This document shows positions 18,646-28,341 of a DNA stretch of 64,000 bases, in pieces. The stretch is from positions 107,275 to 171,274 of the forward strand of contig JAFWDK010000029.1 in the NCBI GenBank assembly GCA_017513085.1, in the 5' to 3' direction. The notes under the pieces are model-generated. The model was not told the origin of the DNA. It saw only the letters and a list, made by a program, of their open reading frames with translations, and did not search any database. The DNA is from Clostridiales bacterium (GTDB lineage: Bacteria; Bacillota; Clostridia; Saccharofermentanales; Saccharofermentanaceae). The first letter of the stretch is position 1. The number at the start of each line of letters is the position of its first letter. Both the position numbers and the translations under genes were made by a program.

Positions 18646-20577
18646 TCAGAGAGAGAGGTCTTTCTTATGCTCTTTCTTTTCTTCGTACATGGCAGAATCG
18701 GCTATTTTCATGTATTCTTCCGAATATTTATGGATCTCCGAGTCGGTGCAGGCCGGAGGAAGTTTGACGCAGGCACCGATACTGACACGGACCTGATAGT
18801 CTTTCTTATCACGCGAGACACGAAGAGAAATGTGATTTCTGAGCGCCGCGATGTAGGCGGCAACTTTCTCCTCAGAATAGTTTTTGGCCAACACAACAAA
18901 TTCGTCACCACCGGTACGGAGACAGACCTCGCCGTGCTGGGCGGCCACATTCATCGCTTCGGCAATGGTGCAAAGGCTATAGTCGCCTTCGGCATGGCCA
19001 TAGGTGTCATTGACGTATTTAAGATCATCCATGTCGATGACGAGAATAGCGATCGGGACCCCGGAATCACGGCACTCTTTGAAGAATTCAGAGAAGAAAA
19101 GCTCATAACCGTGACGATTATAGAGATCCGTCAGCATATCACGGTTATAAAGGTTTTCCATCCGTTTGACGGTCTTGTTGAGTTCCTGACGGACACGCCA
19201 GTTCTCGAGCATGGAACCGAGATTAACGATCCAGGATTTCATGGCGAGCTGTTCATGCGATTCGTCCTTGGGCGAGACGATGAGATAGCCCATGTAATAC
19301 TGCAGATGATGGATGGAAATAATATAATACGGCTTCGGGTCAGCAAGCAGTGCAGGCGGAAGAAGATCTTTCTTCCGGAAAGTCTCATGCTCGACCTGCT
19401 TGTCGCCGATAAAACCGGCAGCAACCGTCATTTCCTCGTCCTGTCGGGCATAGTCATGCGAGAGGGCACGCTTCTTATCCCAGTCCGGAGCCAGACATAA
19501 AAGCATATCTTCAAATCCGGTATCGATCGAAGCGTTCTTGGAGATCTCACTGAAACATTCTTCCAAAGTTGCTGCATTGGAAACACTGAGAATAAGATTC
19601 GTCGTTGCCTGCGCCAGATATACGACACGGTCCAGACGACCGGAATAAAGTTCTCTTATATCTTCGATCACGTCAGTAGTCATCGGCGCGCAACCACATG
19701 ACTGGTTACAGCAGAGACGACCGTGCGTTAGAAGTTCTTTCGGAAGATCTCCGCCGTCCCAGAAACGCTTCAGCGCCTGAATGCATTCGTAGCCGGATTC
19801 ATAGAACGGCTGGCTGGCAGTCGTAATAGAAGGGTAGCCCTGAAATGCTTCCTCGATACCGTCGTAACCGGTTACCAGAATGTCTCCCGGGACGGCGATG
19901 CCATGCGCACGGCAAGCGTTGACTACACCGATCGCGGAATAGTCATTTGCACAGACAATGGCATCCGGGTATTTCTTGCCGTTCTTTCGGCAATTGTCCA
20001 GGATCGCCGAGAGCACCTCCTCGCCACAGTCACGCCAGAGTGTTCCGTAAACGACTTTCGAAGGATCGTAGGGGATCGAGTGATCTTCCAAAGCAGCACG
20101 ATATGCATCGATACGCTGTTGCGTGAATGGCTTGTGCCGAAGACCGGCCACATGGTAGATATCTTTACAACCATGCACATCGATCAGATGCGAGATGATG
20201 TCCCGGAAAGCTTCCTTCTCATCGTTCAGGATATTGATGTAACGTGTGTCGTGTCCACCGACATTAATGATCGGTATCTTGACATCTTTGAGACGGTTGT
20301 CGAGATGCTCTTTGGCAAAAGTACCATAGGACAGATCGACCCGGATGATGCCGTCAAAACCGTCGAGATCCGGGATCTCGAAAGCGATGACGTCGCCTTC
20401 GTCGTAATGGATATACTGATCGTACACTTTGTTGCTGAATGTGTCACTGAAACTGGTGAAGCAAATGACCTTGACGCCGTTTTCCTGCGCAGCGGCATCA
20501 ATGCCCTTGTGGATGGCATGCGCCATCGGCTCATAAATATTGGATGAAAAAACAGCAACCTTCTTCTGCGTGTTCAT
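18646..20577 (-). CDS. Diguanylate cyclase with LacI-type sugar-binding sensor domain
   Basis: DAIVCAND..VPGDILVTGYD; RTGGDEF; GGAGG RBS before 20577. Confidence 0.9.
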   Translation of the reverse strand: MNTQKKVAVFSSNIYEPMAHAIHKGIDAAAQENGVKVICFTSFSDTFSNKVYDQYIHYDEGDVIAFEIPDLDGFDGIIRVDLSYGTFAKEHLDNRLKDVKIPIINVGGHDTRYINILNDEKEAFRDIISHLIDVHGCKDIYHVAGLRHKPFTQQRIDAYRAALEDHSIPYDPSKVVYGTLWRDCGEEVLSAILDNCRKNGKKYPDAIVCANDYSAIGVVNACRAHGIAVPGDILVTGYDGIEEAFQGYPSITTASQPFYESGYECIQALKRFWDGGDLPKELLTHGRLCCNQSCGCAPMTTDVIEDIRELYSGRLDRVVYLAQATTNLILSVSNAATLEECFSEISKNASIDTGFEDMLLCLAPDWDKKRALSHDYARQDEEMTVAAGFIGDKQVEHETFRKKDLLPPALLADPKPYYIISIHHLQYYMGYLIVSPKDESHEQLAMKSWIVNLGSMLENWRVRQELNKTVKRMENLYNRDMLTDLYNRHGYELFFSEFFKECRDSGVPIAILVIDMDDLKYVNDTYGHAEGDYSLCTIAEAMNVAAQHGEVCLRTGGDEFVVLAKNYSEEKVAAYIAALRNHISLRVSRDKKDYQVRVSIGACVKLPPACTDSEIHKYSEEYMKIADSAMYEEKKEHKKDLSL

Positions 20578-20742
20578 AAGAGCCTCCACCGAAAACACTT
20601 CTAAATATATTTTTATGATACAGCACAGTTTCGCAAAAATCATGAATAACTTATAAACATTACGGCTTCAAAAGAACCGAAATGAAATATTCACATATTC
20701 CTGTTAAAATATCAGTAGTGTTTTGAACAGGGAGGTGTCTTT

Positions 20743-21621
20743 ATGGATTTGATTGGATTTTATCGCGAGGGCGAAGCTTTCGGCTGTTTCAGCAACTGGT
20801 ATCCGGCTGAGTTCGACTATGCGGGGAAGCACTATGCAACTTCCGAACAATTCATGATGTACCAGAAGGTCTTAATGTTCGGACAGTTTGACCTGGCCGG
20901 ACAGATCATGGCGACACCGGACCCTGAGAACTGTAAGATCATCGGTCGTACTTTCTTCCCGGAATTTGACGGGGCGCTATGGAAAAAGACCCGCTACGAG
21001 GTAGTCAAGCGTGGCGTGCGGCAAAAATTCGCACAAAACCCGGACATCCTTCAGGTACTCCTGGAAACAGGAGATTCCCTGCTTGCCGAGTGTTCGCCAA
21101 GTGACGCCGACTGGGGCATCAAGATCGGCGAGAACGATCCGGCCTACAAAGATGTATCCAAGTGGCAGGGCGAAAACCTTCTGGGAAGGATGCTCATGGA
21201 ATTACGCGCCGAATTCCGGACGGAACTCGCAGGACATCTGGGCGGAGTGCTTCTGAGCCGGAATGGGAAGAACCGTTCTTCCGGATTCCCGATCGGAGAT
21301 AGCTCTGAGGTCGACATTCCGAAGATCCCGTATATCGATGCAAGAAATCTCGCGCCGATCCCGGAGTGGGAGTCACGTGCCGGGGAATTGCGGCGCATCC
21401 CGCAGTTTTTCAACACGATCAAAGCCTATGCTGAAGTGCTCGGCCGTGGATATGGCCTTGCTTCCGGCGTGACGCCGGTCGGCAAAGGTGTATTTCTGTT
21501 CGATAAGACGCTTGCCGGTTGGGAAGAAGCACTTCGTGCCGGAAACTGTGGTATTCCGGAGGCGGGCTTCTTCGAACTCAAGCAGGATGTGTACGATATA
21601 GCGGGAAAACTGTCTAAGTAG
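20743..21621 (+). CDS. NADAR (YbiA-like) protein with C-terminal extension
   Basis: FSNWYP, SEQFMMYQK, KFAQN, ECSPSDADWG, GENLLGRMLMELR. Confidence 0.9.
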   Translation: MDLIGFYREGEAFGCFSNWYPAEFDYAGKHYATSEQFMMYQKVLMFGQFDLAGQIMATPDPENCKIIGRTFFPEFDGALWKKTRYEVVKRGVRQKFAQNPDILQVLLETGDSLLAECSPSDADWGIKIGENDPAYKDVSKWQGENLLGRMLMELRAEFRTELAGHLGGVLLSRNGKNRSSGFPIGDSSEVDIPKIPYIDARNLAPIPEWESRAGELRRIPQFFNTIKAYAEVLGRGYGLASGVTPVGKGVFLFDKTLAGWEEALRAGNCGIPEAGFFELKQDVYDIAGKLSK

Positions 21622-21691
21622 GCGGCACACGCCACCGCAGGCTTTAGAACGTTAGCAAGCATACGCGGGACGGGCAGAGGGAGAAAAACGG

Positions 21692-21919
21692 ATGAGTCTG
21701 TTTCGGAAAAAAGAAGAAAAGAAACCAGTGCTTTTTGAGCCGGAGAGTGAAGAACCGGTCGTGCATAAGAGCATCTGTACCGGAGAGACGACGGTAGGTT
21801 TTGCCCATCGTGTTTCCGGACGCTACCGGGATGTGCGGAAAGTGTCGTCGGAGGCGGAGATCGAGGCGTTCTGCCGTGAAGTCGGGGCGGATCCGAAAAC
21901 GATCCGGACGATATACTGA
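21692..21919 (+). CDS. Small conserved hypothetical protein
   Basis: SICTGE..GF motif of a small clostridial protein family; lies between co-oriented genes. Confidence 0.75.
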   Translation: MSLFRKKEEKKPVLFEPESEEPVVHKSICTGETTVGFAHRVSGRYRDVRKVSSEAEIEAFCREVGADPKTIRTIY

Positions 21920-21962
21920 GAGATAAAGCAATATAGACAACCAGGAAGAAGAGGAAACAAGA

Positions 21963-24446
21963 TTGGGAAGCAGAGCTTTTGGAAAGAATGAGATCCAAGC
22001 GCTTAGCGCGAAGATCCTTCTGGCCCGGCAAGTGGCCGAGGCGGGATATCAGCGGGTAAATACGACACGTGCGGAAATCGAGGCGGCGATCAACGAGGCG
22101 GTAAAGCCGGAGTGGGCGCGAACCCTTCAGGGGATCCCGGTCGATGAACTGAACATGAACAAAGCGGGCATCCGTACCAATGTCCTGAAAGAAGCGGGAT
22201 ACGGAAACGTGTATGCGGTCTACGCGGCGAGCCAGATGAATCTGGCATCGGTCTACGGCATCGGCGAGGTCATGGCGCAAAAAGCGAAAGAGAACGCTTT
22301 GAAGATCGCAAGTGATGTGAGTAACAATGTTAAATTGCGTATCAGCACGGACCATAAGACCGAAGAGTACTCGCGTCTGGTGACGGCGGTGGCCGAGCAC
22401 ATGCGGGCGAAGCAGAACCTGCCGAAGTGCGAAAGTCTTGCCGCCATGCTGCCTGCCGATCCCGCTTCTGAACTGAGCAAAGTGCAATGCGCGAGCAACG
22501 GCCTGAAGTGGTTTTTTACCGGAGATAAGAAAAAAGAAGCGGCGCAGAATGCCTATAACACTTTGACCTCTTCGGCGTCGGCCATCGATTCCAGCGGACT
22601 GGTCCAGCAGATACAGGGAGATGGCCAGCCGATCACCATTGCCGCGGCGTGGAGTGATTTTGCGACAAGACCGGTGGAATACTATCACGTACTGGAGGAG
22701 ATCGCGCCGGAGCGCTTCGATACCAGTGAGGACGGCTATGGCTTAAGTGATGAGATCCGTGAGAGCGTCGAGCAGACAAAAGTGGATCTTACCGGCCTGA
22801 AGTGCCAGCTCCGCGGCTATCAGCTCTGGGGCGTCAAATATATCCTTCAGCAAAAGCGTGTGCTTCTTGGAGACGAGATGGGTCTGGGAAAGACGATCCA
22901 GGCTCTGGCGGCAATGGTTTCACTTCGCAACGAGGGCGCGGCGCATTTCCTCGTGATCTGCCCGGCCAGTGTCATCATAAACTGGTGCCGTGAGGTAGAA
23001 GGAAAAAGTGACCTGAAATCCTATAATCTGCACGATGCCGGACGGGAAAGCGCTTTTCGGGCATGGATGGAAAACGGCGGCGTGGCGGTGACGAATTTTG
23101 AGAGCCTGGCCAATCATTTTTCCATTGCAGACGATTTCCGGATCAACATGATCGTTGTGGACGAGGCGCATTATATCAAGAATACCGAGGCACGGCGCAG
23201 TAAGAACGTGCTGAATATCTGCGGTCACACGGACAGGATCCTGTTTATGACGGGTACCCCTTTGGAAAACAGGGTGGAGGAGATGGTGCGGCTGATGGAT
23301 TATCTGCAGCCTGAGGTGGCGAAACTGGCGCAGCAGGTGAGCATGACGGCTTATGCGGATGATTTCAAGAATAAGATCTCGCCGGTCTATTACAGGAGAA
23401 AGCGTGATGACGTGCTGACCGAGCTTCCGGATCTTACCGATATCAAGGAGTGGTGCGATATGACACCAGAGGATGAGCGGATCTATGAAGACGATATCCT
23501 TGCCGGTTCCTTTATGGACGCGCGCCGTGTCTCCTGGCGGAACGATGACTATATGAATACTTCTTCCAAAGTCCAGCGTCTTCGTGAGATCGTGACCGAT
23601 GCGCAGGAGGATTCCCGTAAAGTCCTGGTTTTTTCCTTTTTCCTGGACACGCTGGAGAAAGTACGTGCTGTGTTCGGACCGATGTGTGTCGGTGTGATCA
23701 ATGGCTCCGTCCCGGTCGCAGAGAGACAGGCGATCGTGGATGCTTTTGAAGCGGCGCCTGCGGGGTCGGTGCTGGCGGCGCAGATTCAGTCGGGTGGAAC
23801 AGGTTTAAATATCCAGTCCGCCAGTGTGGTAGTGCTCTGCGAACCACAGTATAAGCCTTCTACGGAGAATCAGGCTATCGCGCGTGCACATCGTATGGGA
23901 CAGACCAGGGATGTGCTGGTGCACAGGCTGTTATGCCCGAATACGGTGGATGAGCGGATGCTGGAGATCCTTGAGGCCAAGCAGGCGGAGTTCGATACTT
24001 TTGCGGATGAGTCCAGTGCAGCGAAGCGCGATGCGGCGGCTGCGGCGGCTGGTGAGACGGTGGATGTGACGGTGCGCGAGGACGGTCAGGAAAACAGTGC
24101 GACCGAAACCGGCGAGGTTGCCGGTGGCGGGGCTGTTCCGGCGGATGGTGCCGGTGGTGGCGAGGCGGAGATCGACAATGCCAGCATGAACCGTGTGTTT
24201 GCGCAGGAGCGCGAGCGCATCCTTGAGAAGAGAAGAAGAGAGCAGGAAAGCGGCGCGGGTGCGGCGGCTCCGGTGGAAACTGCTCCGGTGGAAACTGCTC
24301 CGGTGATAGCGGAAGAACCGACAGTATCACGGGAACAACAGGCACCGCAGGAAGACACGGCGAAAGTGCTTTTCTGTAGGTATTGCGGAAAAAAGCTTCC
24401 CGGCGATGCGGTTTTCTGCAGTTATTGCGGGCGGAATATTCTGTAA
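21963..24446 (+). CDS. SNF2-family helicase/ATPase with C-terminal zinc ribbon
   Basis: DEMGLGKT, DEAH, GTPLENR, QAIARAHRMGQ; CRYC..CSYC. Confidence 0.92.
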   Translation: MGSRAFGKNEIQALSAKILLARQVAEAGYQRVNTTRAEIEAAINEAVKPEWARTLQGIPVDELNMNKAGIRTNVLKEAGYGNVYAVYAASQMNLASVYGIGEVMAQKAKENALKIASDVSNNVKLRISTDHKTEEYSRLVTAVAEHMRAKQNLPKCESLAAMLPADPASELSKVQCASNGLKWFFTGDKKKEAAQNAYNTLTSSASAIDSSGLVQQIQGDGQPITIAAAWSDFATRPVEYYHVLEEIAPERFDTSEDGYGLSDEIRESVEQTKVDLTGLKCQLRGYQLWGVKYILQQKRVLLGDEMGLGKTIQALAAMVSLRNEGAAHFLVICPASVIINWCREVEGKSDLKSYNLHDAGRESAFRAWMENGGVAVTNFESLANHFSIADDFRINMIVVDEAHYIKNTEARRSKNVLNICGHTDRILFMTGTPLENRVEEMVRLMDYLQPEVAKLAQQVSMTAYADDFKNKISPVYYRRKRDDVLTELPDLTDIKEWCDMTPEDERIYEDDILAGSFMDARRVSWRNDDYMNTSSKVQRLREIVTDAQEDSRKVLVFSFFLDTLEKVRAVFGPMCVGVINGSVPVAERQAIVDAFEAAPAGSVLAAQIQSGGTGLNIQSASVVVLCEPQYKPSTENQAIARAHRMGQTRDVLVHRLLCPNTVDERMLEILEAKQAEFDTFADESSAAKRDAAAAAAGETVDVTVREDGQENSATETGEVAGGGAVPADGAGGGEAEIDNASMNRVFAQERERILEKRRREQESGAGAAAPVETAPVETAPVIAEEPTVSREQQAPQEDTAKVLFCRYCGKKLPGDAVFCSYCGRNIL

Positions 24447-24471
24447 TTTGGGCATCATTTCACAGAAGTGT

Positions 24472-24500
24472 TTGACTATTGGCGAAAATTAGAGTAAGAT
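24472..24500 (+). promoter_or_regulatory. SigA promoter of rpsU
   Basis: TTGACT-17-TAAGAT. Confidence 0.7.
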
Positions 24501-24562
24501 ATGTTCTGTTGCGAAACCGACCATGGTTTTCCAAGTTTATTGCACGGAAGGAGGGATAACAA

Positions 24563-24736
24563 GTGTCGGAAATCAGACTTAAAGAAAATGAGTCCCTTGA
24601 CAGTGCTTTGCGTCGTTTCAAGCGTTCCTGCGCTCGTTCTGGTGTACTCGCTGAGGTACGTAAGAGAGAGCATTACGAAAAGCCTTCTGTACGCCGTAAG
24701 AAGAAGTCGGAGGCGGCTAGAAAGCGTAAGAGATAA
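24563..24736 (+). CDS. rpsU: 30S ribosomal protein S21 (absent from ORF track)
   Basis: Manual translation from GTG: [57 protein letters not shown]; GGAGG RBS. Confidence 0.98.
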   Translation: MSEIRLKENESLDSALRRFKRSCARSGVLAEVRKREHYEKPSVRRKKKSEAARKRKR

Positions 24737-24760
24737 TCTCTTTGAAAAAGTGACTTTTTG

Positions 24761-24792
24761 AAAACCTGTCGGAGTGATCCGGCAGGTTTTTT
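24761..24792 (+). terminator. rpsU terminator
   Basis: AAAACCTGTCGGA-gtga-TCCGGCAGGTTTTTT. Confidence 0.85.
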
Positions 24793-24906
24793 GCTGTGCA
24801 GCGTCGGGAGGGTGGGGCGGCAGTAGGATTCGCATCACTTGTAATTTTCCCCAAAAGCGACGGTGTTTTCTTTGGTTTATTGTTAGTCTTACCTAACAAT
24901 GAAGTA

Positions 24907-24954
24907 TTGCATTCGACGAAAACATTAACTATAATACATATGAACAGTTGTTCA
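24907..24954 (+). promoter_or_regulatory. SigA promoter with palindromic operator for the ABC operon
   Basis: TTGCAT-17-TATAAT, then TGAACA-gt-TGTTCA at the expected start site. Confidence 0.7.
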
Positions 24955-25020
24955 AGTGTTAATATCTCGAGTGCCCGATCGGAGAGCGGGCGTGAAGACA
25001 TAATGGTGAGGATAAAAGAT

Positions 25021-25731
25021 ATGACAAAAGAAGAGTTTTTGACAGTTAGTAATGTTTGTAAGTCCTTCGGAACCGGGGATAGCCGGCAGGAGGTGCTGCG
25101 GGGGATGGATTTTACTGTGGCGAAAGGTGAGTTCTGTGTGCTTCTCGGGCCGTCCGGGTCAGGTAAGTCGACGCTTTTGAATATTATCGGTGGTATCGAT
25201 CAGGCGGATGACGGGTACATCGCGATTGCGGGGGATAAGCTTCGTGAGATGGATGAAAAAGCACTGACGCGTTATAGAAGGAAGCACCTGGGGTATGTTT
25301 TCCAGCTTTACAACCTGATCCCGAACCTGAACGTGAAGGAAAATATCGAGGTGGGCGCGTATCTTTCGGATAAGCCGCTCGACATTGATGAACTCCTGAA
25401 CACACTGGGGCTTTGGGAGCATAGATATAAGCTTCCGAATCAGCTCAGCGGCGGTCAGCAGCAGAGAACTTCGATCGGGCGTGCGATCGTGAAGAATCCG
25501 GACATCCTGCTTTGCGATGAGCCGACGGGCGCGCTGGATTACAACACTTCCAAGGAGATCCTCAAGCTTATTGAAGATGTGAATCAGAAATACGGAAATA
25601 CCATTATTATGGTTACGCATAACAATGCGATCTCGGATATGGCGGATCATACTATTAAGCTTCGTGACGGAAAAGTGAGAAAGAACATTGTCAATGATCA
25701 CAAGATCAGCGCGATGGAACTTGACTGGTAA
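25021..25731 (+). CDS. ABC transporter ATP-binding protein (LolD/MacB type)
   Basis: GPSGSGKST, LSGGQQQR, DEPTGALD. Confidence 0.95.
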   Translation: MTKEEFLTVSNVCKSFGTGDSRQEVLRGMDFTVAKGEFCVLLGPSGSGKSTLLNIIGGIDQADDGYIAIAGDKLREMDEKALTRYRRKHLGYVFQLYNLIPNLNVKENIEVGAYLSDKPLDIDELLNTLGLWEHRYKLPNQLSGGQQQRTSIGRAIVKNPDILLCDEPTGALDYNTSKEILKLIEDVNQKYGNTIIMVTHNNAISDMADHTIKLRDGKVRKNIVNDHKISAMELDW

Positions 25732-25743
25732 GAGTGGGGAGCG

Positions 25744-28134
25744 ATGAAGATGAAAAGTCCGTTGAGAAAACGCATCTTTAGAGAGGTGCGGAAAGATTGG
25801 AAAAAATACATTGTTCTGACGCTTTTGATGGCATTCATGATCGCCCTGGCGTCCGGCGTCAATGTTGCAAATGACAGTATGATGGCGGCGATCGACGAGT
25901 CCTATGAGAAGTACAATATCGAGAGCGGTCATTTTGAACTGAAGGATCAGGCGACACCGGAGCTGCTGGAAAAGATGAGCAAGGAGATCACGATCTACGA
26001 GCAGTTCTATAAAGATTCGGTCGAGGATTTTGACGGGGACGGCAAGGAGGAATCCAGTGTCAGACTTTTTAAGATCCGAAAAGATGTGAATCTTGCATGC
26101 ATTATGGAAGGCCGCCTGCCTGAGAAAGCGGGAGAGATCGCGATCGACAGAAATCACGCGACGAACCGGAAGATCAAAGTCGGAGATATCATCTATATCG
26201 GCGGCGAGGCGACGGAAGTCGTCGGACTGGTGTCTAACGCCGATTACAGCACGCTTTATAAGAAGAACTCGGACTTCATGTTCAATGCGGTGGATTTCGA
26301 TGTGGCGCTTCTTGAAGAAAACGCATGGGAAGAGAAGAGCCTGGGTGTCGTTTACGAATACGCGTATAAGAGCAAGACGGAGTTGAAAAATGATTCCGAG
26401 AAAAAAGAATTCTCCGATAAACTGATGGAGCATCTGGCCGTGCTGGCTGCTACCGGCGGATACACAGATGACAAAGATCTGGCGGAGAGCGCCAGAAATG
26501 ATCAGGCACTCATGATGGAGATCCTGAAAAACAAAGACAGCATCAACGAACTGAAGGACTTTGTGCCGGAGTATGCAAACCAGGCAATCCATTTTGCGCC
26601 GAACGATATGGGTAGCGACAAATCGTTGGTCGGGGTCCTGGTGTATGTTTTCATATTCGTACTGGCATTCGTCTTCGCCATTACGACGAGCAATACCATC
26701 ACCAGCGAATCCGCTGTGATCGGAACCTTGCGCGCGACAGGATATACACGGGGCGAACTGGTACGTCATTACATGCTGCTTCCGATCCTGGTCACGCTGC
26801 TGGCCTCGGTCATCGGAAACATTCTCGGATACACGTATTTCAAAGACGTGTGCGTGGACCTGTACTACAACTCCTACAGCCTGATGACGTATGAAACAAG
26901 ATGGAACGCAAGTGCTTTTCTCGTAACAACAGTATTACCGTGCATCCTGATGTTTATCGTAAACATCGTGGTGATCTATCGGAAACTGCGCCTGTCGCCG
27001 CTGAAATTCCTGCGTCATGACCTGAGCACATCGAAGAGAAAGAAAGCCAGAAGACTTCCGTCGTGGCGTTTTATGAACCGCTTCCGTCTGAGGATCCTTC
27101 TGAACAATATGGGAGGATACCTGATCCTGTTCTGCGGAATTGCATTTGTCATGCTGTTGCTGGCATTCTCGACCGGGCTTCCGGAGACATTGAACCACTA
27201 TAAAGACAATCTGGGTGGCAACCTCATCTGTAACTATCAGTACATCCTGAAAAACTATGAGGATGAGGAAGGTAACGAAATCACGACCGATCAGGAAGGC
27301 GCGGAAAAGTACAGCGTGACTTCGCTTGAGACGATCGACGGCGCACATGTCGGTGAGGAGATCTCGGTATACGGATTCACGGAAGGAAGCCGCTACGTAC
27401 ATATCAGCGAGGAACTGAAAGATAACGAAGTCTGGATCACTTCCCCGTACAAGAAGAAATTCCGCTTGAAGGAAGGGGATGTGATCACCCTTAAAGAAAA
27501 ATACGAAAACACAAGTTACGAGTTCGTTGTCAAAGGTGTATATGACTACGACGGAGGACTTGCCGTATTCCTCCCGCAAAAGAACTTCAACAAGATCTTC
27601 GGCCATGAGGAAAGTGCTTTTAGCGGATACTTCTCGCAAGAGGCGATCCACGATATCGATTCCGAGCTGATCTACAGTGTGATCACGCTTGATGACATCA
27701 TGAGCATCGCGACGCAGCTCGACCACTCCATGGGCGGCATGATGGACATGGTAGCGTATGTCTGCCTGATCATGGCGGTCCTGATCATGTACCTTCTGAC
27801 GAAGATCATTATCGAAAAGAACTCGAACTCGATCTCCATGATCAAGGTCCTCGGGTACGAAAACGGTGAGATCAACAGCCTCTATATCCTTCTGACCTCG
27901 ATCGTCGTTGTCTTTAGCGCTCTGGCGACGGCGGCCCTGGCGATCGGCGGATTGTACGTCATTTTCCGGATCTACATGGGCTCGCTCAACGGATGGTTCG
28001 ACGTATATGTCAGTGCTTGGGGCATTGCCAAGATGATCCTCATCCTGGTTATCTCGTATGCGATCGTTGCGTTCTTCGACATGATCCGCATCAAGAGGAT
28101 CCCGCTTGCCGACGCGCTGAAAAACGTCGAGTGA
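25744..28134 (+). CDS. ABC transporter permease (two FtsX domains)
   Basis: IGTLRATGY and ISMIKVLGY motifs; two TM bundles. Confidence 0.92.
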   Translation: MKMKSPLRKRIFREVRKDWKKYIVLTLLMAFMIALASGVNVANDSMMAAIDESYEKYNIESGHFELKDQATPELLEKMSKEITIYEQFYKDSVEDFDGDGKEESSVRLFKIRKDVNLACIMEGRLPEKAGEIAIDRNHATNRKIKVGDIIYIGGEATEVVGLVSNADYSTLYKKNSDFMFNAVDFDVALLEENAWEEKSLGVVYEYAYKSKTELKNDSEKKEFSDKLMEHLAVLAATGGYTDDKDLAESARNDQALMMEILKNKDSINELKDFVPEYANQAIHFAPNDMGSDKSLVGVLVYVFIFVLAFVFAITTSNTITSESAVIGTLRATGYTRGELVRHYMLLPILVTLLASVIGNILGYTYFKDVCVDLYYNSYSLMTYETRWNASAFLVTTVLPCILMFIVNIVVIYRKLRLSPLKFLRHDLSTSKRKKARRLPSWRFMNRFRLRILLNNMGGYLILFCGIAFVMLLLAFSTGLPETLNHYKDNLGGNLICNYQYILKNYEDEEGNEITTDQEGAEKYSVTSLETIDGAHVGEEISVYGFTEGSRYVHISEELKDNEVWITSPYKKKFRLKEGDVITLKEKYENTSYEFVVKGVYDYDGGLAVFLPQKNFNKIFGHEESAFSGYFSQEAIHDIDSELIYSVITLDDIMSIATQLDHSMGGMMDMVAYVCLIMAVLIMYLLTKIIIEKNSNSISMIKVLGYENGEINSLYILLTSIVVVFSALATAALAIGGLYVIFRIYMGSLNGWFDVYVSAWGIAKMILILVISYAIVAFFDMIRIKRIPLADALKNVE

Positions 28135-28197
28135 CGGGATGCCGGCCGAAATATAACAGGTTACGCCGAAAGGCTTACGATATAATACCCTCCGATC

Positions 28198-28232
28198 AAG
28201 GAGTTGTCTTCCGAACAGAGACAACTCCTTTT
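28198..28232 (+). terminator. Intrinsic terminator
   Basis: AAGGAGTTGTCT..AGACAACTCCTTTT. Confidence 0.75.
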
Positions 28233-28341
28233 ACTTTCCGTAGCCACCGTATCGAAAAATACATTTCACGAGAGCATGTACACTCATGAAAAAGAGAATT
28301 AATGATACAATAAAAAGAGCTAAGTTAGTTTGAGGTGCCAG

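Noticed and set aside
24501-24761. 86-aa track ORF or an sRNA between promoter and terminator
   Set aside because: The interval is explained by rpsU in another frame (24563-24736).
25159-28224. Long antisense ORFs (e.g. 25159-26769, 26935-28224, 35214-36518, 42896-44323)
   Set aside because: Shadows of codon-biased genes on the opposite strand, with no recognisable motifs.
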